Shown here: positions 50,651-64,000 of the stretch, piece by piece
Position numbering within the stretch: the first letter of the stretch is position 1
Layout: the number at the start of each line of letters is the position of its first letter
NCBI GenBank assembly: GCA_024679065.1
Contig: JAGIQG010000005.1
Span: 60,574,001-60,638,000, forward strand
DNA length: 64,000 bases
Direction: 5' to 3'
DNA from: Sphyrna mokarran
Lineage: Eukaryota
Position numbers and translations under genes: made by a program
Notes under the pieces: model-generated
What the model was told of the DNA's origin: nothing
Database searches by the model: none
What the model saw: the letters and a program-made list of their open reading frames with translations, nothing else

Positions 50651-51253
50651 AAATTCAAACTGGATGTCAAAAAAGCAACTAATGACTTGGTGTAGTTTTT
50701 TATTACATGGAATATTTAACTTGTTAATTGTGCAATTATCTGACTTCAAATTAACTAAATAAATGCAGTAAATGTTTTGTTCAAACAAAATATAACGACG
50801 AGGCAAAAATGAACTCTGGTAGTAAAAGAGTTTATTTAAAGAAGAAAAATTATACAGTACTTTAACAACTCAAAATAGACTTTAGAACTTCAAATGACTG
50901 ATCAGGTCACTAAAGTAGCAAATTTGCCCAACAGTTCCTCTTTGATACTAATTCTTTCAAATTTTCCCTTAGGAGCATTCAATATATAATTAGCTAGTCT
51001 TTTAGAGACATTACAATCCCCTAAATTACCAATATCTCAGATCTTGTTTGTTTAATTTCATAGTTGGTTAATTTGGTTTTGCTTTGTTTTACTTGGAATT
51101 TGACAACACACATTCATTATCCTTTTAAAGGGACAAATTTTTTCACTGTCTTTTTGTTATTTGACTTTGCACAGATATCTGTTGTCCATTTCAGTCAAGG
51201 TTTATGCTGAACTTAGCACAAAATATTTGATTTGATGACTATCCATGTTTTAC

Positions 51254-51346
51254 CTTTGGGAGAAGTGAGGTGTCTTTTGGGATAGGTAAAGTGCTCTTTT
51301 CCATTGGTAAGGTGCTGTTTGGGAGAGGTGAGCTGCCTTTTGGGAA
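51254..51346. repeat. Degenerate ~21-nt tandem repeat (~4 copies)
   Basis: Units like tttgggagaagtgaggtgtct / tttgggataggtaaagtgctc / tttgggagaggtgagctgcct. Confidence 0.6.
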
Positions 51347-54300
51347 ATGTTAAAAATAGACATAAATGTACATTAAAAGTGGATAAACTTATTAGATCTG
51401 TCAAGCTTATTGAATCTATTAAGGGAACTATAAAAAATCTGCCCTTTAAATATTTGGATATCATCGTTATTGAATTAGTGCTATATCGCTGTCACAATGG
51501 GCTGTCTTCAGTTCACAATTTACTTGATAGCCTCAGTGCTTATACAGTATTTGAAGTGGGCCTATGAATACGAGTGCTTGTTGAAATAAGGAATTAAGTG
51601 GTTGAAGTAAGTTAAATGTAATGAGTGGAGTTTTATCAATGGGTATTCTTTTAAATAGTTAATTAATCAATAAGTACTTAGGACTTTATCTTTTTTCCTA
51701 CCAGCATAGATCCAGAGGTTGGCCCATGGTGGGTACTGAATGGGTTTGCATAGGGAATGTAAAGGCAAGGGTTGTGGGTAGGGGAGCATGTATTGGGATT
51801 ATTTGGTAATATTGCAGAAGGGCTATAGAGGACTGTGGGAGTGGGTGGTGGCAGAGGTTAGCATGGAGGGTATGATGAGGCCATGCAAGATTGGATAAGG
51901 GACATGAGATGGCATGATATGGATGGGACATGGGGAGTGTATGGGGATTTTAAGGCTGTTTTTTGCTTTATTGTTCATTTTTGAAATTGGGGCAAAGTGC
52001 ATGGTCAGTATTGAGAGTGGCTTTTTGTTCAGCCTGCCTCTGCACCCAGTAATCCCTGTGCTGCCTCTGAACTGTTTCTGGGGTTTATAGGCATGATTCC
52101 CATTATACCTGCTGTCTGCAATGCAAATTTGACCAAGTAGGGCAGTTTCTCAGGAGTGGAGTTTGTGGAACAGGAAGTTCTGCCAACTCTGCATTCCCCA
52201 CACATGAGCAAAAATTCAAACATTGTTACTTAGAATCATTTATTTTACTCACAGCATTTATTATTGATTTTGATTGTTGAACTTTGTTTATGAACATTTT
52301 TAACTATATCCAGTGATAGCCTTGTCTCTGAATGATGTAGTTTGCATCTTTTGTGTGAATGGCATTGCAAAATATTGCTCATCTCTTTGTTGTTATTATC
52401 AAAACAATAGTATTTTTCATCATATTTGATTTTGACTTGTATTTTAGAATGTATATAGTGGCAAACTAACAAGTATTGCTAAAGTTTCTGAACTCAAAAT
52501 AATCCGTGAATTAAATCCACATCTCTTGTACTTAAATTAATATGAAAGACAGAACTGATCAAACTGAAAAGATTGGAAATATCTAAGTCAGGCAGCAGGT
52601 GTGAAGACTGAAACAAAGGGCTGAATTTTATAGCTTCTTCCCTGCTTCCATATATGAAGGTGAAGGGTTGTTTGTAAATCACAGCTGCTGGTTTTCCCGT
52701 TGTTTTCCTGCCCTCAATTTGTCTCCCATATTTTGCTGGACACAAAAAGCATCAGGCAGCTGGTCAGCCCTTAAGTGGTCAGTTAATGGCTATTACAGGA
52801 CTGCATTTCACCCCACTGCTATTTTACATGTGCCAATGGAAGGTGGAGGCAAGACATGAGGCCTGGCAGCTTTCATGATCCAGTAGGAATGGGGCAGTAC
52901 CTGTTTTGGGGGGGGTGGTCCCCTGTGCCCACAAGATCCCCAAAATCATTCTTAATTCCCTCCTCCCCCAACAACCACATTACTGGAGTTTGTTGGCCAG
53001 TCCTGTCGAAAATCCCAGATTTACCTTCAAGTCCAGGTCTGCTCCCTCGTTAGTTGCAGTTTCAGATGCTCGTTATAAACTTCAACTGAGATATTTAAGT
53101 TGGTGCCTTAATAGAAAACTATTTTAAATTTTACTATTTCAGAGAATTATGGTCCTTTATATACCTAAATCATTTGTTCAATGCTGTTGAAAGAACAAGC
53201 ATTTGATCTTAACTCTGCATGTTTCCCAAAAACTGGCACAATTTGATTTTTTTTCCCTTACTGTATCTTTAGTGAGCTTTTGTGTAGAGTCATCAGTGTT
53301 TTTGAAATTGAATCATAACATATCAATCAAATTTTCATTAATCAACACAATTGACAATATACTGATCATTCAAACATTTTTTGGGATTAAAAATTTGAAT
53401 CAAGTCATATAAATAAAATGTGAGTTTAATTCAATTTTTTAAAATACTATTAAATAATTTGAATTAAGTCACATTGTATTAAGATGATTCGATTATACCT
53501 GACATGATAAGATGAATTTTCAGGGATAATTTGAAATTCCTCTCTGTTAATCTGCTCTGTTAGAACGGTTTTCCCCATGCCATCAGCTAAACTGTCTGCT
53601 TAGAGCAGTTGTCCACAATTCAAACTGAGTGTGCTAGTATAGTGGTTATGTGACTGGACTAAACCAGACTTTGAACTAACAATCCTGACATGAGCTTAAG
53701 TCATCAAGCTGTTTGAAAATTTGAATTCGGTTTTTTTTTTAACTTGAAAATTAAAAGTGATTCTCAGTGGAAAAATTAAGTTTTGAGGCGTTACTGTAAA
53801 AAAGAAGACCAACTGCTTATCTGGTTCCTGTCTCACTCAACTTGTCTGGCTGATAGTGATTCCACACCCAATAAAGGTGATTCTTCAGTAAAAACAGAAT
53901 GCTAAAAAAGACTCAGCATGGCTAGCAGCATCCGTAGAGAGAAAAATAGAATTAATGTTTCAAATCCGTTTAACTCTGCAGAAGTGTCCAGAGTTTTCTG
54001 TTTTTACTTCATATTTCCAGCATCCATGGTATTTTGCTGTTCTGCAGGGGCCCTCTGAAGTAGCTTACCAAGGAACACAGTAAGGCGTTTATGAATGGGC
54101 AATAAATGTCAGTTTTGGCAGTGACACTGACGTTAATTAAACAAGCAAAGGCTACATTTGAGTCTGATGATCCAAATTACTGTCCTGGCAGCAATTATAT
54201 CCTGACAACTACAGAGCGCTAATAAAGACTACATCTGCTCACTTCCAGTGATAATACATATTTATTTTTAAAATTGCCAGATTTGTATTTCCCAAGACTT

Positions 54301-54954
54301 AGGAAACCTGGCAACTGAAGGGGTGGGGAGGTGGTGGGGAGGCCAGATCAGAAGGTAAATGTCTTCACAGGATTCCTTGTAGGGCAGGAGGAGTAGGGAG
54401 TGCCTTCTCTGACACACCTCAGCTAACCAGCTTCCCTTCTTGATGATTTTCCCCAACTCCTTCCCACAATCCGTTTAGCTCAGTTGGCTGAACAGCTGCT
54501 TAGTGATGCCAACGGCAGAATTAATTCCTGTGCTGGCTAAGATTCATGAAGTCCTACCTTCTCCACCTTGCCTCTTGCTTGAGGTATGGTAATCCTCAGA
54601 TTAAGTCACCACCAGTCAGCTCTCTCCGCTTGAAGGTAAAAAAAGCCTATGCTCATCTGGGAATTTTGCAACTTTACCACAGCCTCAGTTATGTCCAACT
54701 TAGCCACCAACCTCTCCATTCCTGTTCAGCAGCAATCTGGCAGGCTTCCATCCAAGAAATAAAGAAAACAAAATTTAATCAGCTCTTATATCCCACCTTT
54801 TGGCATTTCCTGACTGCTATAAATCTACCCAACTTCCTTATTGTCTCCCAGAAAGATTTAGGCCTGCATCTGTCACTTAAGTAATTCTCTTATGTATGGA
54901 ACTAAATGTTAAAGTGCAGATTCTTTGAACTTTATCTTTTTTTCTTAAAACCAG

Positions 54955-55127
54955 TCCTTGATTGACATTGTCAACAAAATCAATCAGATGGCCAATTCTG
55001 GTAAATTAGCATCTGCCATGAAACTGCAAAGTACACTGATCTCTGGTCAGAGTGAAGTCAAACAGCAGGAAAAACCATTTGATGCTATGAACAATATTGT
55101 AGCTAACTTGCTGCTCAATTTGACCAG
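54955..55127 (+). CDS. TUBE1: Epsilon-tubulin exon 8: SLIDIVNKINQMANSGKLASAMKLQSTLISGQSEVKQQEKPFDAMNNIVANLLLNLT(S)
   Basis: AG/GT bounded, KPFDAMNNIVANLLLNLTS conserved. Confidence 0.95.
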
Positions 55128-55609
55128 GTAGGTGAACATTTATTACATTAATTATAGTCTTTCAACAAGATGTATTGTCCAGATCAATGTAGTTTCCTGG
55201 GTTAGTTTTGACTATGTAAAGTGGTCAGTAAGAAAATTTGTAGATTTTTGACTGCTAAAATTGGCCAGTTTTGTTATTTATTTTTTTCAACTTTCTCAAG
55301 TGATTAAGTGCTAAAGAGCGAGTGTGTGTATCTTGATGTATAAGGCATCCTGACTGTAGAATGGGCTCCATTCTTCATTTGATCTTTTCCAGCCTGACAC
55401 TTTGTATTTTACATATATAGGTAAAGTAGAAGGGCTTCTGTGGATAAATAAAGAGCACTAATACAGAAGACAAGTTAAAAACTAGAAATGTGAGGTTAAG
55501 TGAACAAAGAGTGTATAAGGAGACTGAATTGCAATTCAAAGGGAAATAAGATTTTTCCTAAATAAGGATGTTTCCAAAAAAGGAAGAGACTACTTGCCAG
55601 ATGAAAAAA

Positions 55610-56530
55610 TAGAAAACAGAAGCAGGAATAGGCTATTTGTCCCTTCAAGCCAGTTCTGCCATTCATTTTGATCATGGCTGATCATATTCAATATCCTGAC
55701 CCCGCCTTCCCCCATATCCCTTGAACCCTTTAGTCTTAAGAGCTATACGTAAGTTCTTCTTGAATTTTTGATCATGAATTCCGCAGATTCACGAGTCTGG
55801 ATGAAGAAATTTCTCCTCACCTCAGTCCTAAAAGTTTTCCCCATTATCCTCGAACTATGAGCCTCTGGTTCTGGACTCCCCATTTTTTCTGAATTTATCC
55901 TTTCTAATCCTGTTAGAATTTTATAAGTTCCTATGAGATCCCCTCTCACTCCTCTAAACTCCAATGAGTATAATCCTAACCGAGTTCAGTCTATCCTCAT
56001 ATGACAGACCCTGCTACTTTCTTTGTGAGTGTGAGGGGATGAAAGAGGTCCATATTAAGTGTTATGAGCATACTTTACAAATAAAATCCACATAATCTAT
56101 ATAGTCTGGAACCTCCCACCGTGAAAGCTCTCTATCCACACTTGAATAAAATTTTGTTATCCCAAAATAATTTATGCATTAAGTGTTCACCGGTCTTATT
56201 CATTATTATGGTTGAAAACATACATACAAAGTAGTCTTATTGGCCTAGAGTCCTATGTTCATCTCTTTCATTGCACGATAACAACATAAGAAATAGGAGC
56301 AGGAGTAGGCCATCTAACCCTTCGAATCTGCCCCGCCATTTAATAAGATCATGGCTGATCTGAAGTGGATCAGTTCCATTTTCCCACTTTCTCACCATAA
56401 CCCTTAATTCCCTTGTCTATTAGAAATCTATCCACTCCTGACTTAAATATATTCAGCGAGGTCGTCTCCACCACTTCAACGGGCAAAGAATTCCAGTGAT
56501 TCACCACCCTTTGAATGAAGAAGTTCCTCG
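55610..56530 (-). mobile_element. Two CR1 3' fragments
   Basis: ORF remnants RGDLIGTYKILTGLER and RNFFIQRVVNHWNSLP, with typical 3' UTRs at 55610 and 56285. Confidence 0.85.
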
Positions 56531-57496
56531 TCAACCATGATTTAATATTTGCCACTGAGCAACACTTGTATTACAATTATCTTTTCAAAGGCTGTTGGAA
56601 TTTTATTAGTGGCTCCACTGTCACTTGCTAACTTCCTCAATTTTCTAGGATGTACACCATCCAGACCTGCTGACCTTTATAGTTTTAGTCTCAATAATGT
56701 TTTATCACAGCATAATACTGAAAACTAGGGTTGGATTTCCACAGAGTCAGGGAGACTCTGGACTTTTAAAAGGGTAAACAAGATTTTGATGCAGACATAT
56801 CTAGAATATAGTGCCTGGAAAGGTAGTAGAGGCTGGAAACCTTACTTGAGCCACAAAAAATTAACAGTCCAGCAAATATTTGGTGGAATCTTGTAGAAAT
56901 GAACGGATGGAGAGCCGAAGTCCCCTCCCTTCAAAAAAGGCTTGCCATGTTTTATTCTACTCGGGCACATAACAGACAAGTGGCAGGCCTTCCCTAGGAT
57001 CAGGGTCCTCAGGGATGGATATCCTACCTGCCACAAGTTGGCAGTTTTTCTGTACTCAACAATGCCATTGGTTAGACAGTGATTGCTGGCAGTATTACAT
57101 CCACCTGAAACCTCTGAGAAAAGATTCAAGCACAGAAGAGTGATGATGAGAAGTGGGTTTAGGGTTGAGATAAAAACAAAATCATAAGACATCAAAGCAA
57201 AAGTAGGCCATTGAATTTGCTCTGCCATTTGATGAAGTCATGATTGATCTGATGTGACAATCTCAACTCCACTTTCCTGTCTTATCCACATGCTAATCTT
57301 GCATAAGCAATATGAACAGTAAATTGACCATTGACTCCACTGTCATTGGTTTAATTCTGCACTTGTGTGCTAGTATTGATGCAATGGAATATCTTCTGAT
57401 AAAACAAATGTTTTTTGACCAGCTTTTTAAATAGCCTTACTGTGTATAGATTATTAATTATACTAATTTATTTTAGATTGTTTATTTTATCTGCAG

Positions 57497-57637
57497 TTCT
57501 GCCAGGTTTGAAGGATCCCTCAATATGGATCTCAATGAGATTACTATGAATCTAGTTCCATTTCCAAGGCTTCATTACCTTGTTTCTAGTCTAACTCCTT
57601 TGTACACTCTGGCTGATGTAAACATCCCCACAAGAAG
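57497..57637 (+). CDS. TUBE1: Epsilon-tubulin exon 9: SARFEGSLNMDLNEITMNLVPFPRLHYLVSSLTPLYTLADVNIPTR(R)
   Basis: AG/GT bounded, tubulin NLVPFPRLH motif. Confidence 0.96.
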
Positions 57638-58899
57638 GTAGGGGTTTTACCAGCATTTTTGAGAAAAATTCATATTGCTGAAAAATCATATTGTTCTCTA
57701 TGATTAAGATCAAAGATTGATTGCTTACGTGCAAATAGTGGACGCAGAATGAAAAAGAAGAGCTGACAACTAGGTTTAGGAGATGGGGTCAAATGAGAAA
57801 AGCATTAAAAACGTTCTTATAGCATGATGGGAGGAGGTAAGGGAGTGCCAATGAGGAAATAGCTCAAACTGAAAGAAACGCTGTTAATGCTAGACTTTAG
57901 AGGCCAGATAACAAGGATTAAATCAATGTCTGAGAAACAAAGGGCTTCAAGAAGGGGCGTAAAGATGCATTAAATTACTTGGATAAGGAAGTCTGCAGCC
58001 AAGGAGAACTTTAAAGTTAAAGAAAAAAGTTTTTATTAAACCGAGAGAGCCCAGGGAACCAACTAAACTTGACAAGAATCAAGGTGTTAGAAGTGCAGAA
58101 TTCTGAGTAAGGGCATAGGTAGTAGCAGTGCTCTGAATGAATAGTAATTTATGGAAAGAGGGAAGCTGGCAAGGAGAATTGAAAGATTGAGCTGCGGACA
58201 GGAACCCCTAGAGTGGGGGACAATGTTTGAAAGGTAGAAAGATGCTCCTCAGTGACAGATCTGACGTGAAGAGGGAAATTAACTTCATAAAGAAACTCTT
58301 GTGGTATCAGTTGGTAAGACTTCCCAAGTAAAACAGAAATGCTCAGGAGCTCTCAGGACTTAAGAAGGATGATTTCAAATTTGCAGATCAGTGTGAAAAA
58401 CCTTTGATTTATTCATTCGAGATTTGCTGTCAGATTTCTAAATGAAAATTGTAAAATCAAAAAGAAGGTGGAATGGTAACATTGTACATTCTCGGAAATA
58501 CATATTTTTGGGTGATGTCATCAACTAATGCTCCAGATTACTGTTGCTAATTGCAGTATCTGTTCCACAATCCAGCTTGGATCAGCTACTTCAACACAAA
58601 CAAGCACGCAAATCAATTATTCTTGGCACATCATTAGTGCATTTGTCAGATCATCACTCCAAAGATGTATGGGCTAGGTGGATAGGCCATGCTAAACTGC
58701 CCTTATTTCAGGGGGACTAACTGGGGTAAATGTATGGGATTGTGGGGATAGGGCCTATGTGGGATTGTGGTTGATGCAGACTCGATGGACCGAAAGGCCA
58801 CCTCCTTCAATAAGATTCTATGATAGGGCTTCAGTGATCCTTTTCATTGGATTAACAAGTGAAAAGTGCCTCTGCATTTTAGGAACTCATGATCTCTTG

Positions 58900-60110
58900 A
58901 AGTCCTCCCAAAAATTATTCTGTAAAAGAGTTAGGGGAAAATAGTGTTTAACTAACTTGTTGTAGTTCCTTGATAAGGTTTGATAAGGATAAGGCAGTTG
59001 ATTATGGTGAAACCAAAAGGATTTAATAAAATGCTGCACTACAAACTTGTGAACAAAGTTATTGTTCATGAATAAAAGCAACAGTAGCAATATGGATGCA
59101 AAAATGACTGAGTGACAGGAAACAAAATAGTGTTGAATGATTATTTTTTAGACTGGTGGAATGTTTATAATGGTATTCCCCAGAGGTTAGTGTTCAGATC
59201 TGTGCTCTTCCTGATATGTATTAATCATCTAGACTTCAATGTACAAGGCAAAATTTCCAAATTGAGATGATGCTTAACTTGGAAGTATTACTGTCAAAAG
59301 GACGGAGACAGGTTGGTGGAAAGGAAGGATAAGTGGCAAGTTAAATCTAATGCAGAGAAGTGTGATTCATTTTGAATTCATTTTGTTAGGAAGAATGGAG
59401 AGATGCAATGTGAAATACAGGATACATTGTAGAGAGGGATGCAGGACGCACCTGGGGATATATATAGACAAATCACTGAATGGTGCAGGCCAGGTTGAGG
59501 GCACAGTTAATAAAGAATATTAAATCCTATGTTTTATAAATAGGGACATGGAAGTACAAAACCAATTAAGTTATGATAAACCTGGATAAAATACTGGTTC
59601 AGCCTCAACTGGGTTATTGCATGTAGTTCTCAACATCACACTTAGGGAGGATATGAATGCACTGGAGACAGTATAGAAAAGATTCATGAGAATGATTGCT
59701 GGGATGGGGAACTTCAGTTACCTAGATAAATTGGAGAATCTGTTCTCTTTGGGGAAGAGAAGATTCAGAGAGATTAGATAGATATGTAAAAAAAAATCCT
59801 GAAGAGTCTTAACAGAGTTGATGGGGAAAAACTGTTCTCATTGTTGGAAGAATTGAGAACTGGGAGACACCTATTTAAGATGCTTGACCAAAGATGCAAC
59901 AGCAAGTGAGGAAAAACCTTTTACCTAGTGAATAGTTTAGGTTCTAGAATGAGTGTTATAGAGAAAGGTTCAATCTTGGATTTGAAAAGGATATTGGAGT
60001 ATTAATCTAAAGAGGAAGAAAATGTTGGGCTGTAGGGAAAAGGCAAGTGATTTGCACGAGGTGAATTGCTCTTGTAGAGAGCTACTACAGGCACAACAGG
60101 CCAATGGCAT
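58900..60110 (+). mobile_element. Degenerate CR1 LINE RT region
   Basis: ggtattccccagagg, tttccaaattgagatgatgc, ctggataaaatactggttcagcctcaactggg remnants. Confidence 0.75.
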
Positions 60111-60453
60111 CTTGTAGAGCTCAACTGCTGGTTCAAAAGAAAGGCATCATCAAGGAGTTGGGAGGAAGTAAAACAAGAAAGGATTTTGGAATACTGACTT
60201 TCAATAAAATTTGTCAAAATTTTTAAGAAGAAAATTCTGTATCTACAGGTTAGTAATGTGCTTCTTCTGTCATGGCACATTAACTGTGTTAACTAGCAGT
60301 TCTGATTTTGCGATGTTGTATGGTACTGCTGATTAGAACTCTTCCTACAAGTTTAACACAACTTCTACATAGATATCTTTCTCTTTGTTGGATTTGACAT
60401 GTACTTCATATAATGAACTGTCCTAATCACTCTTTGTCTCTTCATTTAAACAG

Positions 60454-60594
60454 GTTGGATCAAATGTTCACTGATGCTTTTAGTAAGGATCACCAATTGA
60501 TGCATGCTGACCCAAAACGTAACCTGTACCTGGCTTGTGCATTGATGGTCCGGGGAAATGTTCAGATTTCTGATCTTAGAAGAAACATTGAGAG
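60454..60594 (+). CDS. TUBE1: Epsilon-tubulin exon 10: LDQMFTDAFSKDHQLMHADPKRNLYLACALMVRGNVQISDLRRNIE(R)
   Basis: Acceptor aaacag, donor gtttga. ORF track 60413..60634. Confidence 0.95.
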
Positions 60595-60608
60595 GTTTGA
60601 AGGAAATG

Positions 60609-60624
60609 AGTGTGTGTGTGTGTG
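60609..60624. repeat. (GT)n microsatellite just downstream of the TUBE1 exon 10 donor
   Basis: Direct reading. Confidence 0.9.
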
Positions 60625-61845
60625 CACATGCTAAACCACATATTTTGCTGATATTTTATGTTAATTTAGTGTAATGGTTTTTCATTTGAAAGTTGCATGT
60701 ATAAAGATAATTCATCTTTACCCAACATAGTTTTTTTCTAGCAATTGCCAGTTAGTAACTATGCTCTTAGGATATATATTCTTTCATATATTTAAAGCTG
60801 TGTTTTAAATTAAGTTTTTATTTTCTACTGGATTCATAGGTAATAAGTAAATTGTACAGGTGATGATTAGCAGCAGTTTAAAATCAAATGGTGGTTATTT
60901 ATATTTTTCTCTAAATTGGTGCCAGTTTTCACCATTTCTAAAAACTATTGCTGGGTGACCAATTGCTAGGTGCTTGAACACTTTTGATACTTTGCAAAAC
61001 CACCAACTATCCATAACAAGAAGAGACAAGACTGGAGTTTGAAATTCAGATTTACAATAAAACTTTCAACACTTATTAAAAGGAAGTTCTGTATCTACAT
61101 GTTAATGTACTTTTTCTTACAAAAACATCAATGGTTGAAATCTGCCGACCATTTATTACTGTGTGCGCAAAGGAGAATAGCACTAGTACAGCACATGGAC
61201 CTGGCTCATTCATCGATTATTTTGAATAGAGATTTCTGGAGAGTGCAGAGATGATGATCAGTCTGTGACAAATTTTCCCTTCTTATCCTGGGATGTTTGT
61301 TCAAAGACTAAACAAAGACTATTTGTTTCTGAGGTTGGCTAATTGAGTACAGACTTGGGGTAGGATTATCTGGTCCCATCAAAGTCAAAGAACATTTTGT
61401 TAGCTTGCCACAACCACCAGGGTGGGGCTGTAAATCCAGCCCTGGAATTTAATCTTGGATGAACCTGGTTATTGTGATAATGGTTAAATTTACTTTTTCA
61501 AAATATATTAGCTAAATTGAAGCTTTTAGATGTAAAATCATGAGTTAGTTTTTTTTTTCCTAAGCAAGTTTTCAGTTTCAACTGTTCACTCAAAAAGAAG
61601 TTAAATTGTAAACTGCTCAATTAAAAGAAATTAATTAAATTCTGCATATATCTATTATGGTTTTGAAGGAAAAAAATTGCAATCTGTAATCAGGGATGAA
61701 ATATTATGACCTCCTCCATGGCAAGTTTTGTGATTGTGGGGAAAGGGCATTTAATCAGATGGGAGTTGGGAAAATGATGGATGGGGATTCTGACATCTTC
61801 CCACCTTCACCCCAATTAAGTTCATGGTGGAAATACCCATGAACA

Positions 61846-62190
61846 TTGGCAGCAAATAGCATAGTGGTTAGTACTGTTGCTTCACAGCTCCAGGGTTCTG
61901 GGTTTGATTCCCAGCTTGGGTCACTGTGTGGAGTTTGCACATTTTCCTCGTGTCGGCGTGGATTTCCTCGGAGTCCTCCGTTTTCCTCCCACAGTTCAAA
62001 GATGTGCAGGTTAGTTTGATTGGCCATCTAAAATTGCCCTTAGTGTCCTGAGATGAGTAGGTTAGAGGGATTAGTAGGTAAATATGTAGGGATATGGGGG
62101 TACAGGCTGGATGGGATTGTGATCAATGCAGACTCAATGGTCTGAAGGGTCTCTTTTTGTATTGTAGGGTTTCTATGATTCTATGATCTA
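61846..62190 (+). mobile_element. HE1-like tRNA-derived SINE, near full length
   Basis: A/B-box head (tagtggttagtactg...gggtttgattccc), V-domain, and (ttctatga) tail. Confidence 0.85.
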
Positions 62191-62836
62191 TGGCAACCTT
62201 CCCATCCCATAGCCGTTTGAGACCCTCAAATGGGCAATTAAAACTGATTTAAGGGCCTCATCCTGTGCTGCTAATAACCCAGCACTGGGTTGTGGAGGGA
62301 GAGACATGTTCACCACACAAGGATCACAACTAGCAAACTTGGGATCTAGTGGTGATTCTGAGCCCTGAGACAAGTCTTATACCAGTGGCAGATACTGTGT
62401 TCCTGTGGCACTGCCACTCTACAGAGCTGTTATTCTTCCATTTCACAGGTGGGACTTGCTAGGGAGGGCCTGCTGTTGTGTGATTAACTGCCTGAATGGC
62501 ACTTAATATAATGATACTTCCCTAAAACAAGCAACAACAGGGGGCAGCTGCTGGCTTTGCATTGGCAGGCAAGATGCCCACTGTCTCAATTAAATACCAT
62601 CCCAGATACTTAGATGTATTAGAAGGTAGCAAGAAGGACAAAGGCACACTTTCTTAGAAAATTTAGCTTAATAATTGACCATATTTTTATGAATTCTTTC
62701 AATTTTGCCACAACAGTTACTAAGCAGCTTTTTAAAAATGTTATTGCATCAATAGTATCATTGCATATTGATCTCTGTGAAAGTGATATTTCAATCAAGT
62801 AATGAGAGCAAAACATTCTCTTGTTTTTTTCTACAG

Positions 62837-63011
62837 GTTGAAACCTTCTCTTCATTTTGTCTCATGGAATCAGGAAGGTTGGAAAACAAGTCTCTGTTCG
62901 ATACCACCGGTGGGTCACACTCACTCCTTATTGGCACTGGCTAATAACACCTGTGTTAAATCTACCTTCACAGATCTAAAGGATCGATTTGTAAAACTTT
63001 ACAAGAAAAAG
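62837..63011 (+). CDS. TUBE1: Epsilon-tubulin exon 11: LKPSLHFVSWNQEGWKTSLCSIPPVGHTHSLLALANNTCVKSTFTDLKDRFVKLYKKK; final exon lies beyond the window
   Basis: AG/GT bounded. Exons 1-11 total 1269 nt in frame without a stop. Confidence 0.96.
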
Positions 63012-64000
63012 GTAAATTCTGAATAATTCGGATGTCTTGACTGATGGTAACTACTAAACTAGCTGAAAAGCAGTAAAAGATTAGACACTAGTTAATGAAG
63101 TGATTAGCTTCACTGTACCACCTCTCACTCTTTCATCCCTTTACATTGCAGACTAAACAATATCCTCTTGTAGCTTCCTTTTCCCCTATTTTTGTATTGT
63201 CAGCAAATTGTGAAACCTCTCTGTTCAAATCAAAGTCAATAATGTGCATGCATTCTGGGAATTATTGCTTGCTACCTTACTGAGATTGATATCTCGAGAA
63301 ACCCCAAAGCTCAAGTTTCAGGCTTGCTAAAGGAGCACAGGTTTCTCACTACAAAAAGTTGATAATAGTTTAACACAGCTAAATTTTGTTGAGGTGGTAG
63401 TGTGCTGAAAGCAAGGAAACCGATGCCTTAATCATTTTAGGGCACCCTGATTGGAATCTATGACAGTTGGGCAGTTAATGGGCTGCCATGAGGGCTCTCA
63501 TCCCTTTAAGGAGCAAGATCCTACCTTCAAGAGCTGTTGGTCAATCAGAGGGCCAGCAGCTTTTCAGTTCTAGCAGCACCAACGGAGATAGTGGTCACTG
63601 CTGTGATTGCATCCAGCCAGCAGAAGCAGCGTTGACACTGCCCTCAGAATAAGATAGATGGGATTAGAACTGTTAAGGCCGGTTAGGAAGGCATTCTTGA
63701 GAGGAGCTGGGGGCATGTTGTTACAGGCAAAAGGGTGTGTTACTATAGGGCCACTTGTAGGTCTCATTTGGCCTCTGGCTGGGAAGGCTACCCTTCACCT
63801 TTCCTGCCATTGATATTCCACGGTTCAGAAAAATAACTGTCATTCCACCCGAACTTTCTGACTTCCCTAGCTATTTTGTAAGAAACCCACTCCCCGATGG
63901 GCCCAATGATCTGTTGGATGATTTAATTATTTCCATCTATTTCTTGTGAAGAGAAGTATACAATTTACAGCTTGAAATTAGCCTGATTCCAGCCCAATTC

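Noticed and set aside
1-64000. Prokaryotic-type systems (CRISPR arrays, operons), tRNA or rRNA genes
   Set aside because: Eukaryotic intron-rich DNA. tRNA-like segments are SINE heads, and no spacer-repeat arrays were seen.

Overview
Vertebrate genomic DNA, very likely from a cartilaginous fish (shark-type HE1/V-SINEs, Deu-domain SINEs, CR1, L2 and Penelope-like repeats). Three spliced genes were reconstructed by hand from GT-AG boundaries and reading-frame continuity. (1) FAM229B on the minus strand: 2 coding exons, 92 aa. (2) A complete but divergent 11-exon BSDC1-like BSD-domain gene on the minus strand (432 aa). (3) Epsilon-tubulin TUBE1 on the plus strand: exons 1-11, with the last exon beyond the window. 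TUBE1 and the BSDC1-like gene sit head-to-head on a CpG-rich promoter carrying RFX X-box and CRE motifs. The main candidate novelty is that the BSDC1-like gene looks like a second, whole-genome-duplication copy of BSDC1 that is absent from the human TUBE1-FAM229B locus. Also notable are a ~3 kb nested inverted duplication just downstream of its 3' end and Penelope-derived hairpins with hammerhead-ribozyme cores. Comparisons to human proteins and synteny are from memory, not from searches. Repeat boundaries are approximate.
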